A stretch of DNA of 64,000 bases from an uncultured Nitrospiraceae bacterium (GCA_963705105.1 CAVPIW010000004.1:1-64000), one strand, 5' to 3'; counted from the first letter of the stretch, positions 25,551 to 35,412 are shown. Made by a program: numbers and translations. Notes: generated from the sequence alone by a model not told the origin.

Positions 25551-28306
25551 TCTTTATTCTCGGGGATCAGGATGTCCACGATAGTCCCTTCACCGTAGTG
25601 ACTGACGACATTGATGGCGCCGTTCATCTTGGCTGTCATCTTCCTGGCGATCACGAGGCCGAGACCGGTGCCCCGTTCCTTTGTCGTCCGGAAGGGCTTG
25701 AAGAGGTCTCTCTGCTGCTGCTCCGACATGCCCCGGCCGTTGTCGACGACCCGTATTTTGATCATGTCTTCCATTTTCGTCACGGCGAGCTCGATGACCG
25801 GGTCGTCCCTTCCGTCGACGGCGTCCATGGCGTTGCTCACGATGTTGAGCAGTACCTGCTGGAGGGCCCGCGGGTCGGCATAGGCCCGGGGGGCGTCAGG
25901 GGCCACGCTGCTTTTCACCCCTATGCCCCTGCTCCCGCAATCGTCCGATACGAGGGCGATGAAACGCTCCATGAAGGCGTTCATCCCGATCTCCCGGATC
26001 TCCGGCACTTCATACATGTTGAAGTTCCTGAGCGCCTTAAGGAGATACTCGACACGTGATATCTCACTCATGCAGCGGTTGATGTACTCGGTGATGTCCT
26101 CTTTCGTAAAACTGTCGATCCTGTTTCTCAGGACACCGAGGGTGATCTTGAGGGAATTGACGGGGTTGCCGATCTCGTGACGGATGCCCGAAAAGACGTA
26201 GCCGATATTTTCCATGGTGTTGACGGCCTCGGCGATGGACTCGAGACGCATCCTCTCGGTGACGTCCCAGATCATGCCGAGGAGGCCCCTGATCGTCCCC
26301 GCTTCGTCCCTGATGGGTGTCTTGAAGACGCGGATGATCATCTCCTTGCTGTCTTTCCAGTATCGCTCCACAACCTCAACGGGTTTTCCCGATGCTATAA
26401 TCGCCCTGTCCTCGGCGATATGTTTTTCCGCTGAAGACGGCGGATAAAGGTCCCTGTCCGTCTTTCCGACGATCCGCTCCGGTGTCAGGCCCAGATCACT
26501 CGCGTAGCTGTTGTTACAGTAGACATAAACAGAGCGGCAGTCTTTCAGGAATATCTTCTGGGGAAGGTTTTCGACGAGCATCCTGAACCTGTTTTCGCTC
26601 TCCCTGAGGGCTTCCTCGGCCAGCATCCTGTCGGTGATGTCGCGGTTGTTCCCGCGGGTCCCGAGAAAAGAGCCGCCGTGGTCGAAAACAGGCTGGCAGA
26701 CATGGCCGATCCGGCGGATCGCTCCGTCCGGCTTTACAATGCGGAACACCGTTTCGTCAAAGGTCATCCGCAACTCGGCGCTCTGACGGTGGTGCTCGAA
26801 CGCTTCCCTGTCATCAGGGTGTATGATGCTCGTGAGCAGACCGGGGTCGCCCATGAATGCGTCGGCGTCATGACCGGTGATGCGTTTGCACGAGGGTGAC
26901 GAGTAGATGAAACGGCCGTCGGTCCCGATCCAGAACTCCCAGTCGTACGTGTTGTCCGCAACGATCTGGTATCGTTCTGCGACGATCCTGTATCTTGCCT
27001 CCGATTCCCGGAGGTCCCTCTCGACACCCTGCCGCTCTTCGACGTCGGCCGCGAGACGCTCATTCAGGTCCTCCAGCTCCATCGTCCGCTCCCTGACTCG
27101 TTTTTCCAGCTCTTCCTTGACAGCGATTAGGTCATCCGTAGACGTTTTTAACTCCTTTGTCATGATGGTAAAAGAGCGGGCCAGGTCACCCACCTCGTCC
27201 CGCGAGGAGGCGTCGACGGCAATGTCGAAGTTCCCCTTGCCGACGTCCGCCACGGCGTCCCGGAGTCTCACGAGGGGCGCAGAGATCGTCCGTGCGATGC
27301 GATAACCGAGAACGACGGAAATAAAGACGGCGGCAATAAAGAAAATAAGTGCCGTGCGCTGGAGCGACAGGGCGTTCATCACTGAGGTTTCACGAACGCG
27401 GTCGGCCAGAACCAGGTAACGGTCCACGATTTCGCCTGCCACCAGCCCGATCACGTGCCGGGTGCCGATCAGTTTTTGGATGTCATCGCCGTGTTTTTCG
27501 ATTATTTCTCTTTTTCCCTTTCTCGTTTCTCCGTCATACAGACGGAGGATCGATGCCCCCTCATCCATCAGTGACGCCGATCCGGCTTGCAGCGATGCAA
27601 TGCCCTCCCTGTCTTCGGCAGCGGTCGCCCACTCGTCGAGATAGACGATCCGGCTGTCCAGTGAAGCCCGTTCCCCGAAAAAATGTCCCCGGTCAACCGG
27701 ATCGTGCAGCACAAGATAAAAGATCATGTGACTCACAGCATGCTTTGCGTGGCTGTTCGCTTCCGCTGCCGTCATGATCGCCGCCTGCCTGTCATGGGCG
27801 CTCGTCTCGATCCGGATGAGTCTGAGTGTTTCGGCGCGGACGGCGTTCGTCGATTCCTGCAGGCGCCGCACCGGTTCCCTGTTTCGCTCGAAAAAGAACG
27901 CCCTGTCACCTATCATCTCCCTGTCATGGATATCGAGAAGCTCCCGCTGGACGGCAAACACTTTCTCCGTATCGGCCATAATCCTGTCAAGGATCTTTCT
28001 TGCCTCAGGCAGTTTCACTCTCTCCTCCAGCAGGGAAATCTCTCCGCCGGCGGACTGCTGGAGTTTCACCACCTCGGCGCGGTCGGCCGGGTCCTGGCGG
28101 GCAAGGAAGAGCATGAGGTGGATCTCCGCCTCTGTGACGTCATCGAAGAGGGCCATCGCCGCGGCACAGATGGCCTTGAAGTGCTCCTCTCTGCCCTCGA
28201 AAGACCGGATGATTTCTTTGCCGGCAATGAGGGCGAAGATGCCCGCAAGTCCGACGAGCAGAGCGATGGCAAGGAATCCGGCGATGATCTTGTGGTGGAT
28301 CTTTAT
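25547..28306 (-). CDS. Membrane sensor histidine kinase (periplasmic sensor-HAMP-PAS-PAS-HisKA-HATPase); probable ATA start
   Basis: HAMP DEVGDLARSF; PAS YSSPSCKRITG; H-box RHEIGNP; N box NIVSNA; DNGRG and GTGLGL. The frame extends 50 codons above the annotated ATG through a TM helix to an ATA preceded by AGGAG. Confidence 0.9.
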   Translation of the reverse strand: MKIHHKIIAGFLAIALLVGLAGIFALIAGKEIIRSFEGREEHFKAICAAAMALFDDVTEAEIHLMLFLARQDPADRAEVVKLQQSAGGEISLLEERVKLPEARKILDRIMADTEKVFAVQRELLDIHDREMIGDRAFFFERNREPVRRLQESTNAVRAETLRLIRIETSAHDRQAAIMTAAEANSHAKHAVSHMIFYLVLHDPVDRGHFFGERASLDSRIVYLDEWATAAEDREGIASLQAGSASLMDEGASILRLYDGETRKGKREIIEKHGDDIQKLIGTRHVIGLVAGEIVDRYLVLADRVRETSVMNALSLQRTALIFFIAAVFISVVLGYRIARTISAPLVRLRDAVADVGKGNFDIAVDASSRDEVGDLARSFTIMTKELKTSTDDLIAVKEELEKRVRERTMELEDLNERLAADVEERQGVERDLRESEARYRIVAERYQIVADNTYDWEFWIGTDGRFIYSSPSCKRITGHDADAFMGDPGLLTSIIHPDDREAFEHHRQSAELRMTFDETVFRIVKPDGAIRRIGHVCQPVFDHGGSFLGTRGNNRDITDRMLAEEALRESENRFRMLVENLPQKIFLKDCRSVYVYCNNSYASDLGLTPERIVGKTDRDLYPPSSAEKHIAEDRAIIASGKPVEVVERYWKDSKEMIIRVFKTPIRDEAGTIRGLLGMIWDVTERMRLESIAEAVNTMENIGYVFSGIRHEIGNPVNSLKITLGVLRNRIDSFTKEDITEYINRCMSEISRVEYLLKALRNFNMYEVPEIREIGMNAFMERFIALVSDDCGSRGIGVKSSVAPDAPRAYADPRALQQVLLNIVSNAMDAVDGRDDPVIELAVTKMEDMIKIRVVDNGRGMSEQQQRDLFKPFRTTKERGTGLGLVIARKMTAKMNGAINVVSHYGEGTIVDILIPENKE

Positions 28307-28476
28307 AAAAAAGCTCCTGCTGGATTGAATTGGAACATATTAATTATAATTATATTCATATTATTTCTTCAACGCGACGGCCGATTCTTTTTTCTTATCT
28401 TTTCGGCGGGGCGAGGGAAGACAGGAGGGACGCGACATGCCTGCCTGTGTTAGATTATCAGTGAAAGGAGCTGACG

Positions 28477-28752
28477 ATGACGAACTCCACTCTGCGCGGG
28501 GGCCTGATCGGCACGATAATGGACTATGCCTCGACGCTGCGGTTCCCGAGGCTTGTCGCCGTCACGGCGGCAATCTTTCTCATCGACCTCATCATCCCGG
28601 ACTTCATCCCCTTCGCTGACGAGATCCTCCTCGGCCTGTTGACACTGATCCTCGCGTCGTTCAAGAAGCGGAAAGAAGAGCGGAAAGAGGACGCCGGCGG
28701 GCCGGTCATCGACATCCGTCCCGAACCGCCCCGGAAGGGGCAGGGACAGTAA
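28477..28752 (+). CDS. Small membrane protein (DUF6116-like)
   Basis: LRFPRL..FLIDLIIPDFIPFADEILLGLLTL motif; AAGGAG RBS. Confidence 0.7.
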   Translation: MTNSTLRGGLIGTIMDYASTLRFPRLVAVTAAIFLIDLIIPDFIPFADEILLGLLTLILASFKKRKEERKEDAGGPVIDIRPEPPRKGQGQ

Positions 28753-28976
28753 GTTATTAAGTCATTGAGTCATTAAGGGCATTAAGTCATTAATTGAGTG
28801 CGTTGATCACAGAATAGGCCAATAGGGATAAAGACGTCTGGTGTCGGAGGACACGCCTGCGTCTGTCATTCCCGCAAGCCCGCAATTGATGCGGGGCGCC
28901 GGAAATCCTTCCCGGTGTAATGACACCCCCCTATCTCCCTTTCTATTAGGGGTACAAAGCAAAAAAGGAGAAAAAC

Positions 28977-29333
28977 ATGAAACAGGCACTTGCAGGTCTT
29001 CTGGTCCTTATAGTTCTGACTTTTGCCGGCATGGCGGCAGAAGCGGCTGTTTATGACGCCTTCGATCCCGTCAATGCGGTGAATCCCGATACGCTCACCG
29101 TTCTCGACCGATTCAGCTGGGACGGAACGAACCACTTCGTGTACTTTTTCAACGGCGCCGACTTTACGGCCTTCGGCGTAAACCTGAACAGCAACGGCGA
29201 GCCGGTGCCGGACTTCGCCATCGATCCCCGCGGGTTCACCTATTTCTGGGCCCAGTTCTTCGATGACGGCACCACCGATCTGTTTGGCTCGAACAACGGA
29301 CTGGCGTGGATATTCATCGGGACGTTCCGTTAA
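28977..29333 (+). CDS. Small secreted aromatic/Asp-rich hypothetical protein
   Basis: AAGGAG RBS, signal peptide ending AEA, GC3-rich codons. Confidence 0.8.
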   Translation: MKQALAGLLVLIVLTFAGMAAEAAVYDAFDPVNAVNPDTLTVLDRFSWDGTNHFVYFFNGADFTAFGVNLNSNGEPVPDFAIDPRGFTYFWAQFFDDGTTDLFGSNNGLAWIFIGTFR

Positions 29334-29375
29334 GCTTCACCAACTCGCAAGGAAGGGCGAACAAAGGAAAATCCA

Positions 29376-29735
29376 TTCTCGCGCAAAGTCGCCAAGAACG
29401 CAAAGAAAAGCAAGAAACGGCTATTTTGCCACAGAGGTCTCAGAGAGCACAGAGAACGGCTGAGAAACACCTCTGATTTTTTATAACAGGACAATTACTA
29501 AGGAGTACGTAAGTATGAGGACATCAGTGTCATTCCCGCAAGCGCAGCGCGTCGGGAATCCTTCCGAAAGAAAGATCCCGGACAAGCCGGGATGACAGAT
29601 TCGGACTGACTCATGTCACCTTACCAACGAACTCCTCAGTAATTCCTGAGCCAAGTTGGGTTTTCTCTATGCCCTCTGTGGCAAAACTGAATTGTCGTCT
29701 GTGTTGTTCTTTGCGCTCTTTGAGGCTTTGCGTGA
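29376..29735. repeat. Nested inverted arrangement of 9-nt repeat blocks around a REP-like palindrome
   Basis: (CGCAAAG..)x3, (CACAGAG..)x3, GTCATTCCCG...CGGGATGAC, then CTCTGTGGC and (CTTTGCG..) blocks in mirror order. Confidence 0.7.
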
Positions 29736-29764
29736 AACTTAGTTCCTAAGGAGGAGCGGGAAAG

Positions 29765-31282
29765 GTGATGATGAAGAAAGGGACGACAAAACTTGCAGCG
29801 GCCGGTATGGTCATCGTGGCCTCCGTTTCCGTGCTGCTTCTTGCCGGTGGGGCGGCGGCCGCGCCGGAGCCGATGAATGCCTATTTCGGCAATCTCCACA
29901 GCCATACAGGATACTCCGACGGTCGGGGTACGCCGCGGGAGGCCTTCCTGTTCGCCCGCGACACGGCGCGGTATGATTTTTACGCCATCACCGACCACGG
30001 CGAGCTGACCACCCCGGCGGAGTGGTCAAGCGTCGGGACGGAGGCGGACGCATTCAACAGGGACGGGGTCTTCGTGGCGATCCGGGGCTTCGAGTGGTCC
30101 AACCCTCTTCACGGCCATGCGACGGTCTGGGGGACGGAGGATTACACGAACGCGATCCTCGATTTTACCTTCCGCGCCTTTTACTCCTGGCTCGATGAAA
30201 GCGGCGGCATGGCGCAGTTCAACCACCCCGGGAGGGAGCTGGCGGACTTCCAGGCCCTGGAGGCCGACGCCCGGGTCCTGGACAATATGGTCGCCATCGA
30301 AACAGGCAACGGGGGGACCGGAAACAGCACTCCCTCACCGGCTCACCATGACTGGTATCTCTTTGCCCTCGACAGGGGATGGCGGGTGGCGCCCACCTTC
30401 GGGCAGGACAATCACGAGCTCGCCGTCGGCAACGGCGGACGGACGGCGGTCCTCGCCCCTTCCCTGACCCGGACAGCCGTCATGGACGCACTCAGGGAAA
30501 GGCGGGTCTATTCCACGGACGATCCCAACATGCAGGTTTTTTTCAGCTCAGGCGACCAATGGATGGGATCTGTGATCGGCGCCGTATCAGGGAGCACTCT
30601 CGTGTTCGACATCGCCGTCCGCGATGACGAGCCTCTCATCAAACTCGAGCTGCTCGGAGACGGCGGCGCCGTCATCGCCGAGCGCGCTGCAGACCCGGGG
30701 CAGACGGATGTGGCATGGACGCCCGAGGTCGTGCTCACCAACCAGAGATATGTCCTGCTGCGCGTTACCGCAGGTGACACAAACGGTGATATGCCCGGCC
30801 GTCTGATCAATGTCGCATACACCGCGCCCATCTGGATCTCCTATCTCGATCCCCTGCCTCTGCCTGAAAGCGGGCTCTGGTTCACCTATGCGCCCGTTGC
30901 CGAGGCTGTGCCGTCCTCTAACCCGTCGCAGGCAAAACCGATCGGCGTCGGTCCCATCGCGTCCGGCGGCGGCACGGTCGCGATAACGATAAAAACGAGA
31001 CACTTCACGGGACCGGTGGACATGTACATTGGCCTGTCGGCGCCGGAGATCACCGGCAGCGGGATCTTCCTGGTCGACTCGTCAGGCGGCATCGTGCCGG
31101 CCTCAGTGGGGATTGCAGCCTGGAAAAACGGGGTGACGGGACCGGTGGACACGTCCCTCTTCGGCGCCATACCTGCCGCCATATTGCCGGCAGCGACGTA
31201 CCATCTTTTTCTGGTCGTCACCCCGGCGGGGAGGACGGACGCATATTACCTGTGGGAAACGGAATTCACCGTCCGAAGATAG
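29765..31282 (+). CDS. Secreted PHP-fold metallohydrolase (CehA/McbA-like) with an unnamed C-terminal domain
   Basis: YFGNLHSHTGYSDG, AITDH, GFEWS, FNHPG, GQDNH motifs; signal peptide. Confidence 0.88.
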   Translation: MMMKKGTTKLAAAGMVIVASVSVLLLAGGAAAAPEPMNAYFGNLHSHTGYSDGRGTPREAFLFARDTARYDFYAITDHGELTTPAEWSSVGTEADAFNRDGVFVAIRGFEWSNPLHGHATVWGTEDYTNAILDFTFRAFYSWLDESGGMAQFNHPGRELADFQALEADARVLDNMVAIETGNGGTGNSTPSPAHHDWYLFALDRGWRVAPTFGQDNHELAVGNGGRTAVLAPSLTRTAVMDALRERRVYSTDDPNMQVFFSSGDQWMGSVIGAVSGSTLVFDIAVRDDEPLIKLELLGDGGAVIAERAADPGQTDVAWTPEVVLTNQRYVLLRVTAGDTNGDMPGRLINVAYTAPIWISYLDPLPLPESGLWFTYAPVAEAVPSSNPSQAKPIGVGPIASGGGTVAITIKTRHFTGPVDMYIGLSAPEITGSGIFLVDSSGGIVPASVGIAAWKNGVTGPVDTSLFGAIPAAILPAATYHLFLVVTPAGRTDAYYLWETEFTVRR

Positions 31283-31284
31283 TA

Positions 31285-31482
31285 CGGTTTACGGGTTACA
31301 AGTCTAAGTAATTGAGTTGACCAAGTTAATTAAGTTAATTAAGTTAATTCAGTTGATCAAGGTGGACGACTTGTTCAGCCCACTCAACCAGTCAACTTAT
31401 TCAACTTATTCAACTCAATTTCTAATCTCTAATCTCTCTCTCTCTCTTAATTTCTCTGTGCTCTCTGTGACCTCTGTGGCAA
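31285..31482. repeat. Short-repeat mosaic
   Basis: AAGTTAATT x3, TCAACTTAT x3, CTCTGTG 9-mer block. Confidence 0.7.
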
Positions 31483-31489
31483 AAGGTAG

Positions 31490-32284
31490 TCATCCCATCC
31501 CCAGAAGCCGTACGGCGTTGTCCCCCATTATCATCCGCTCCCTGTCCCTGCCGAGTCCGCAGGCCCGGAGGCGCGACAGGGTCTCGCCCTGGTCCGACCA
31601 CGGTGAGTCGCTTCCGAAAAGGACATACCCGGGCAGGTACTTCTCAAGGATCGACTTAACCCGTGAGCCCTCCATGTACTCGAAGGCGAAGGAGATCTCC
31701 ATCCATATCCGCCGGCCGGCCATCACCTCCTCGACCTCCTCCCATTGATCCCAGGAGCCGAAGTGCGTCGTCACGAGCCTGAGGTCCGGGAATGCCTTCG
31801 TGACGGCAAGGATGCTCCGGGGACCTGCCTTCTCGATGCGGGGGAACCCGATGTCGTACCCGGTATGCACGACGAGGAGGAGGTCCTCCTCGCAGAGTCT
31901 TTCGTAGAGAGGGAACATCGCTTCCTCATCGAGACAAAAATCCTGGTAATAAGGGTGGAGCTTAATACCGCGGAACCCCTCGCCCCTGACCTTGCGGAGC
32001 CTGTCATGACAGAGGGGATCGCGGGGATGGACGGACGGCAGGGGAACGATCCGTTCCGACCTGATGCCCTTACTCCAGGTTATGATGGGGTCGAACTGTT
32101 CCGGTCTCGTGGCGATGGAGCAGACGACGCTCTTATCGATGCCGTTCCGGTCCATGGAGCGCAGGAGCGACGAGATCTTTCCGTCATGGTGGGCCTTCAC
32201 TGTGGCCTTCTTCTGCAGGACTTTGATGGCCCTCTCGGCAACGTCATCGGGAAATGCATGGGTGTGAAAATCAATGATCGGCAT
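31490..32284 (-). CDS. Amidohydrolase family protein (Amidohydro_2)
   Basis: IIDFHTH, GIKLHP, VHTG, HFG, LFGSDSPW. Confidence 0.9.
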   Translation of the reverse strand: MPIIDFHTHAFPDDVAERAIKVLQKKATVKAHHDGKISSLLRSMDRNGIDKSVVCSIATRPEQFDPIITWSKGIRSERIVPLPSVHPRDPLCHDRLRKVRGEGFRGIKLHPYYQDFCLDEEAMFPLYERLCEEDLLLVVHTGYDIGFPRIEKAGPRSILAVTKAFPDLRLVTTHFGSWDQWEEVEEVMAGRRIWMEISFAFEYMEGSRVKSILEKYLPGYVLFGSDSPWSDQGETLSRLRACGLGRDRERMIMGDNAVRLLGMG

Positions 32285-32616
32285 GTTCTCAGTCTTCCTT
32301 TTCCTCTTACTCCGGCAATTGAACACCTCCAACACTGTCATTGCCGCAACCCCGCACTTGATGCGGGGGCGTCGGCAATCCTTCTGGAAATCAAAGAAGG
32401 ATTCCGGTCAAGCCGGAATGACGGACGAGCGATCTGTCGTGCTTTTTACGAGGTCATCAGTCTTTAGCGCTGCAATCCTTAACCACACTGAGACTATAGG
32501 CGCAGGCTGAAGCCTGCGGATACAAAGACGGTACTTTTGCAAAAACCTCCCCATAGTATAAAATAACGGGCACATTTTTATGAGATATACGTGACGACGG
32601 AGGTCGGCGCAGAACG

Positions 32617-33048
32617 ATGAAACTTGAGCAGATATCGATTTTTCTCGAGAACAAGTCGGGACGGCTTGCGGACGTGACGTCCGTCCTCTCGGAAGCGGAC
32701 ATCAACATCAGGGCCCTCTTCCTGGCGGACACGGCCGATTTCGGGATCCTGAGGCTCCTCGTCAACGATACGGAGAAGGCGAAGGAGATCCTGAAACAGC
32801 ACGGGTTCACCGTCGGCAAGACCGAAGTCGTGGCGATCGAGGTGCCGGACCGCCCGGGTGGTCTCGCCGGGATATTAAACGTCCTGAAGCAGGAGGGCAT
32901 CAACGTCGAGTACATGTACGCCTTTGTCCAGAAGAGCGGCGAGCATGCGATCATCGTTTTCCGGTTCGATGAGACCGAGAAGGCGATCTCCCTGCTCCAG
33001 AAAGAGGGGGCGCGGATTTTAAGCGGAGAAGAGATTTACGGACTGTAA
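32617..33048 (+). CDS. Tandem ACT-domain protein
   Basis: [36 protein letters not shown]. Confidence 0.92.
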   Translation: MKLEQISIFLENKSGRLADVTSVLSEADINIRALFLADTADFGILRLLVNDTEKAKEILKQHGFTVGKTEVVAIEVPDRPGGLAGILNVLKQEGINVEYMYAFVQKSGEHAIIVFRFDETEKAISLLQKEGARILSGEEIYGL

Positions 33049-33095
33049 TCGTTCGTCGCCCGTCATCCGGGGCGATACAAAAAAGGAGGGAATCT

Positions 33096-34238
33096 ATGAA
33101 GAGATGGGGTTTGTTTCTGAGCATCCTGTTCATCCTGGCCGCAGCCGTACCGCAGGCCCTTGCCGATGACGTCATCCGGATCGGCGCGATCTTCTCGGCG
33201 ACGGGACCTGCGTCTTTCCTCGGCGAGCCCGAGAAGAACACGGCCCAAATGCTCCTGGACAAAATCAACGGCCAGGGCGGGGTGCTCGGCAAGAAGGTCG
33301 AGCTTATCATCTACGATGACGAGACGGACGTGAACAAGAGCGTCCTCGCCGCGGACAAGCTGATCAAAAAAGACAATGTCATCGCCGTCATCGGCCCCAC
33401 CACGTCGGGCAACACGCTGGCCATCGAGGACAAGTTCGACAAGGCGAAGATCCCCCTTGTCTCCTGCGCCGCGGCGGAGAAGATCGTCAAACCCGTCAAG
33501 CCCTGGGTCTTCAACGTTGCGCCCCTGGACCGCTATGCGGTGACGAAGATTTACAAGCACCTCAAGGCGAAGAAGATCAGCAAGATCGCCATCATCACCG
33601 TATCCGACGGCTTCGGTCAGGCAGGCAGGGAAGTGCTCAAGGAGCTCGCCCCGTCTATGGGGATCGATATTGTGGCCGATGAAGTATACGGACCGAAAGA
33701 CACGGACATGACGGCGCAGCTCACCAAGATCAAGGGGACGGGCGCCGGCGCCATCGTCTGCTGGGGCACCAACCCCGGTCCTGCCGTTGTCGCCAAGAAC
33801 AGGGCCCAGCTCGGGATCAAGACGCCGCTGTACATGAGCCACGGCGTCGCCTCGAAGAAGTTCATCGAGCTTGCCGGGCCCGCTGCTGAAGGCCTCTTCC
33901 TGCCGGCCGGGAGGCTCGTCATCGCCGACCAGGTGCCCAATGACCACCCCCAGAAGGACATCCTCATGAAATACAAGAAGGAGTATGAGGGCAAGTTCAA
34001 GTCCGCCGTGTCAACCTTCGGCGGCCATGCCTGGGATTCCCTCTCGCTGATCGTCAAGGCGATCGAGACGGGCAAATCGACGAAGCCGGCGGACATCAGG
34101 AACAATCTGGAAAAGATCACCGGGTTCGTGGGGACAGCAGGCATCTTCAACTACTCGCCCACAAACCACAACGGTCTCGACGAGAACGCCTTCGAGATGG
34201 TCCTCATTGAGAAAGGCGACTGGAAGCGCATAAAATAG
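33096..34238 (+). CDS. LIV-type ABC transporter substrate-binding protein, copy 1
   Basis: Signal peptide; IGAIFSATGPASFLG; INGQGGVLGKK; IGPTTSG. Confidence 0.93.
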   Translation: MKRWGLFLSILFILAAAVPQALADDVIRIGAIFSATGPASFLGEPEKNTAQMLLDKINGQGGVLGKKVELIIYDDETDVNKSVLAADKLIKKDNVIAVIGPTTSGNTLAIEDKFDKAKIPLVSCAAAEKIVKPVKPWVFNVAPLDRYAVTKIYKHLKAKKISKIAIITVSDGFGQAGREVLKELAPSMGIDIVADEVYGPKDTDMTAQLTKIKGTGAGAIVCWGTNPGPAVVAKNRAQLGIKTPLYMSHGVASKKFIELAGPAAEGLFLPAGRLVIADQVPNDHPQKDILMKYKKEYEGKFKSAVSTFGGHAWDSLSLIVKAIETGKSTKPADIRNNLEKITGFVGTAGIFNYSPTNHNGLDENAFEMVLIEKGDWKRIK

Positions 34239-34269
34239 CAGCACATGACTCACTGAGGAGGAAGAATCC

Positions 34270-35412
34270 ATGATACGGAGTAAAATACTCATCTGCATAG
34301 CCATTGTTCTGGGCCTTGCCGTCTCATCAGCTTTCGCCCAGGACACGATCAAGATCGGCGCGATTTTTTCGGCGACAGGGCCAGCGTCGTTCCTCGGAGA
34401 GCCCGAGAAGAATACGGCCCTCATGCTCCAGGACAAGATCAACGGCCAGGGCGGAGTGCTCGGCAAGAAGATCGAGATCATCATCTACGATGACGAGACG
34501 GACGTGAACAAGAGCGTCCTCGCGGCGGACAAGCTGTTAAAGAAGGACAACGTCATCGCCGTTATCGGTCCCACCACGTCGGGCAACACGCTGGCCATCG
34601 AGGACAAGTTCGAGAAGGCGAAGATCCCCCTCGTCTCCTGTGCTGCAGCGGAGAAGATCGTCAAACCCGTGAAACCCTGGGTCTTCAACACGCCCCAACT
34701 CGACAAGCACGCCGTGGCGAAGATCTACAAGCACATCAAGGCAAAAAAGATCGGCAAGATCGCCATCATCACCGTGTCCGACGGCTACGGACAGGCAGGC
34801 AGGGAAGTGCTCAAGGAGCTCGCCCCGTCGGCGGGACTGGAGATCGTGGCCGATGAAGTGTACGGACCGAAAGACACGGACATGACGGCGCAGCTCACCA
34901 AGATCAAGGGGACGGGCGCCGGCGCCATCGTCTGCTGGGGCACGAACCCCGGACCCGCCGTGGTCGCAAAGAACCGTGCCCAGCTCGGGATCAAGACGCC
35001 GCTGTACATGAGCCACGGCGTCGCCTCGAAGAAATTCATCGAGCTTGCCGGTCAGGCCGCCGAGGGCCTCTTCCTGCCTGCGGGGAGGCTTGCCATCATC
35101 GATCAGGTCCCCAACGACCATCCCCAGAAGGGCGTCCTCGCGAATTACAGGAAGGAATACGAGGCGCGGTTCAAAATCCCCGTGTCGAGCTTCGGCGGGT
35201 ATGCCCACGATGCGATCATGATGATCGTCAAGGCCATTGAGACGGGCAAGTCGGCGAAACCGGCGGACATCAGGAACAACCTCGAGAAGATCACCGGCTT
35301 CGTCGGCACGTCGGGCATCTATAATTACTCCGCCACCAACCACAACGGGCTCGACGAGAGCGCCTTCGAGATGGTCGTGATCGAAAAGGGAGACTGGAAG
35401 AGAGTCAAATAA
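34270..35412 (+). CDS. LIV-type ABC transporter substrate-binding protein, copy 2
   Basis: Close paralogue of copy 1. Confidence 0.93.
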   Translation: MIRSKILICIAIVLGLAVSSAFAQDTIKIGAIFSATGPASFLGEPEKNTALMLQDKINGQGGVLGKKIEIIIYDDETDVNKSVLAADKLLKKDNVIAVIGPTTSGNTLAIEDKFEKAKIPLVSCAAAEKIVKPVKPWVFNTPQLDKHAVAKIYKHIKAKKIGKIAIITVSDGYGQAGREVLKELAPSAGLEIVADEVYGPKDTDMTAQLTKIKGTGAGAIVCWGTNPGPAVVAKNRAQLGIKTPLYMSHGVASKKFIELAGQAAEGLFLPAGRLAIIDQVPNDHPQKGVLANYRKEYEARFKIPVSSFGGYAHDAIMMIVKAIETGKSAKPADIRNNLEKITGFVGTSGIYNYSATNHNGLDESAFEMVVIEKGDWKRVK

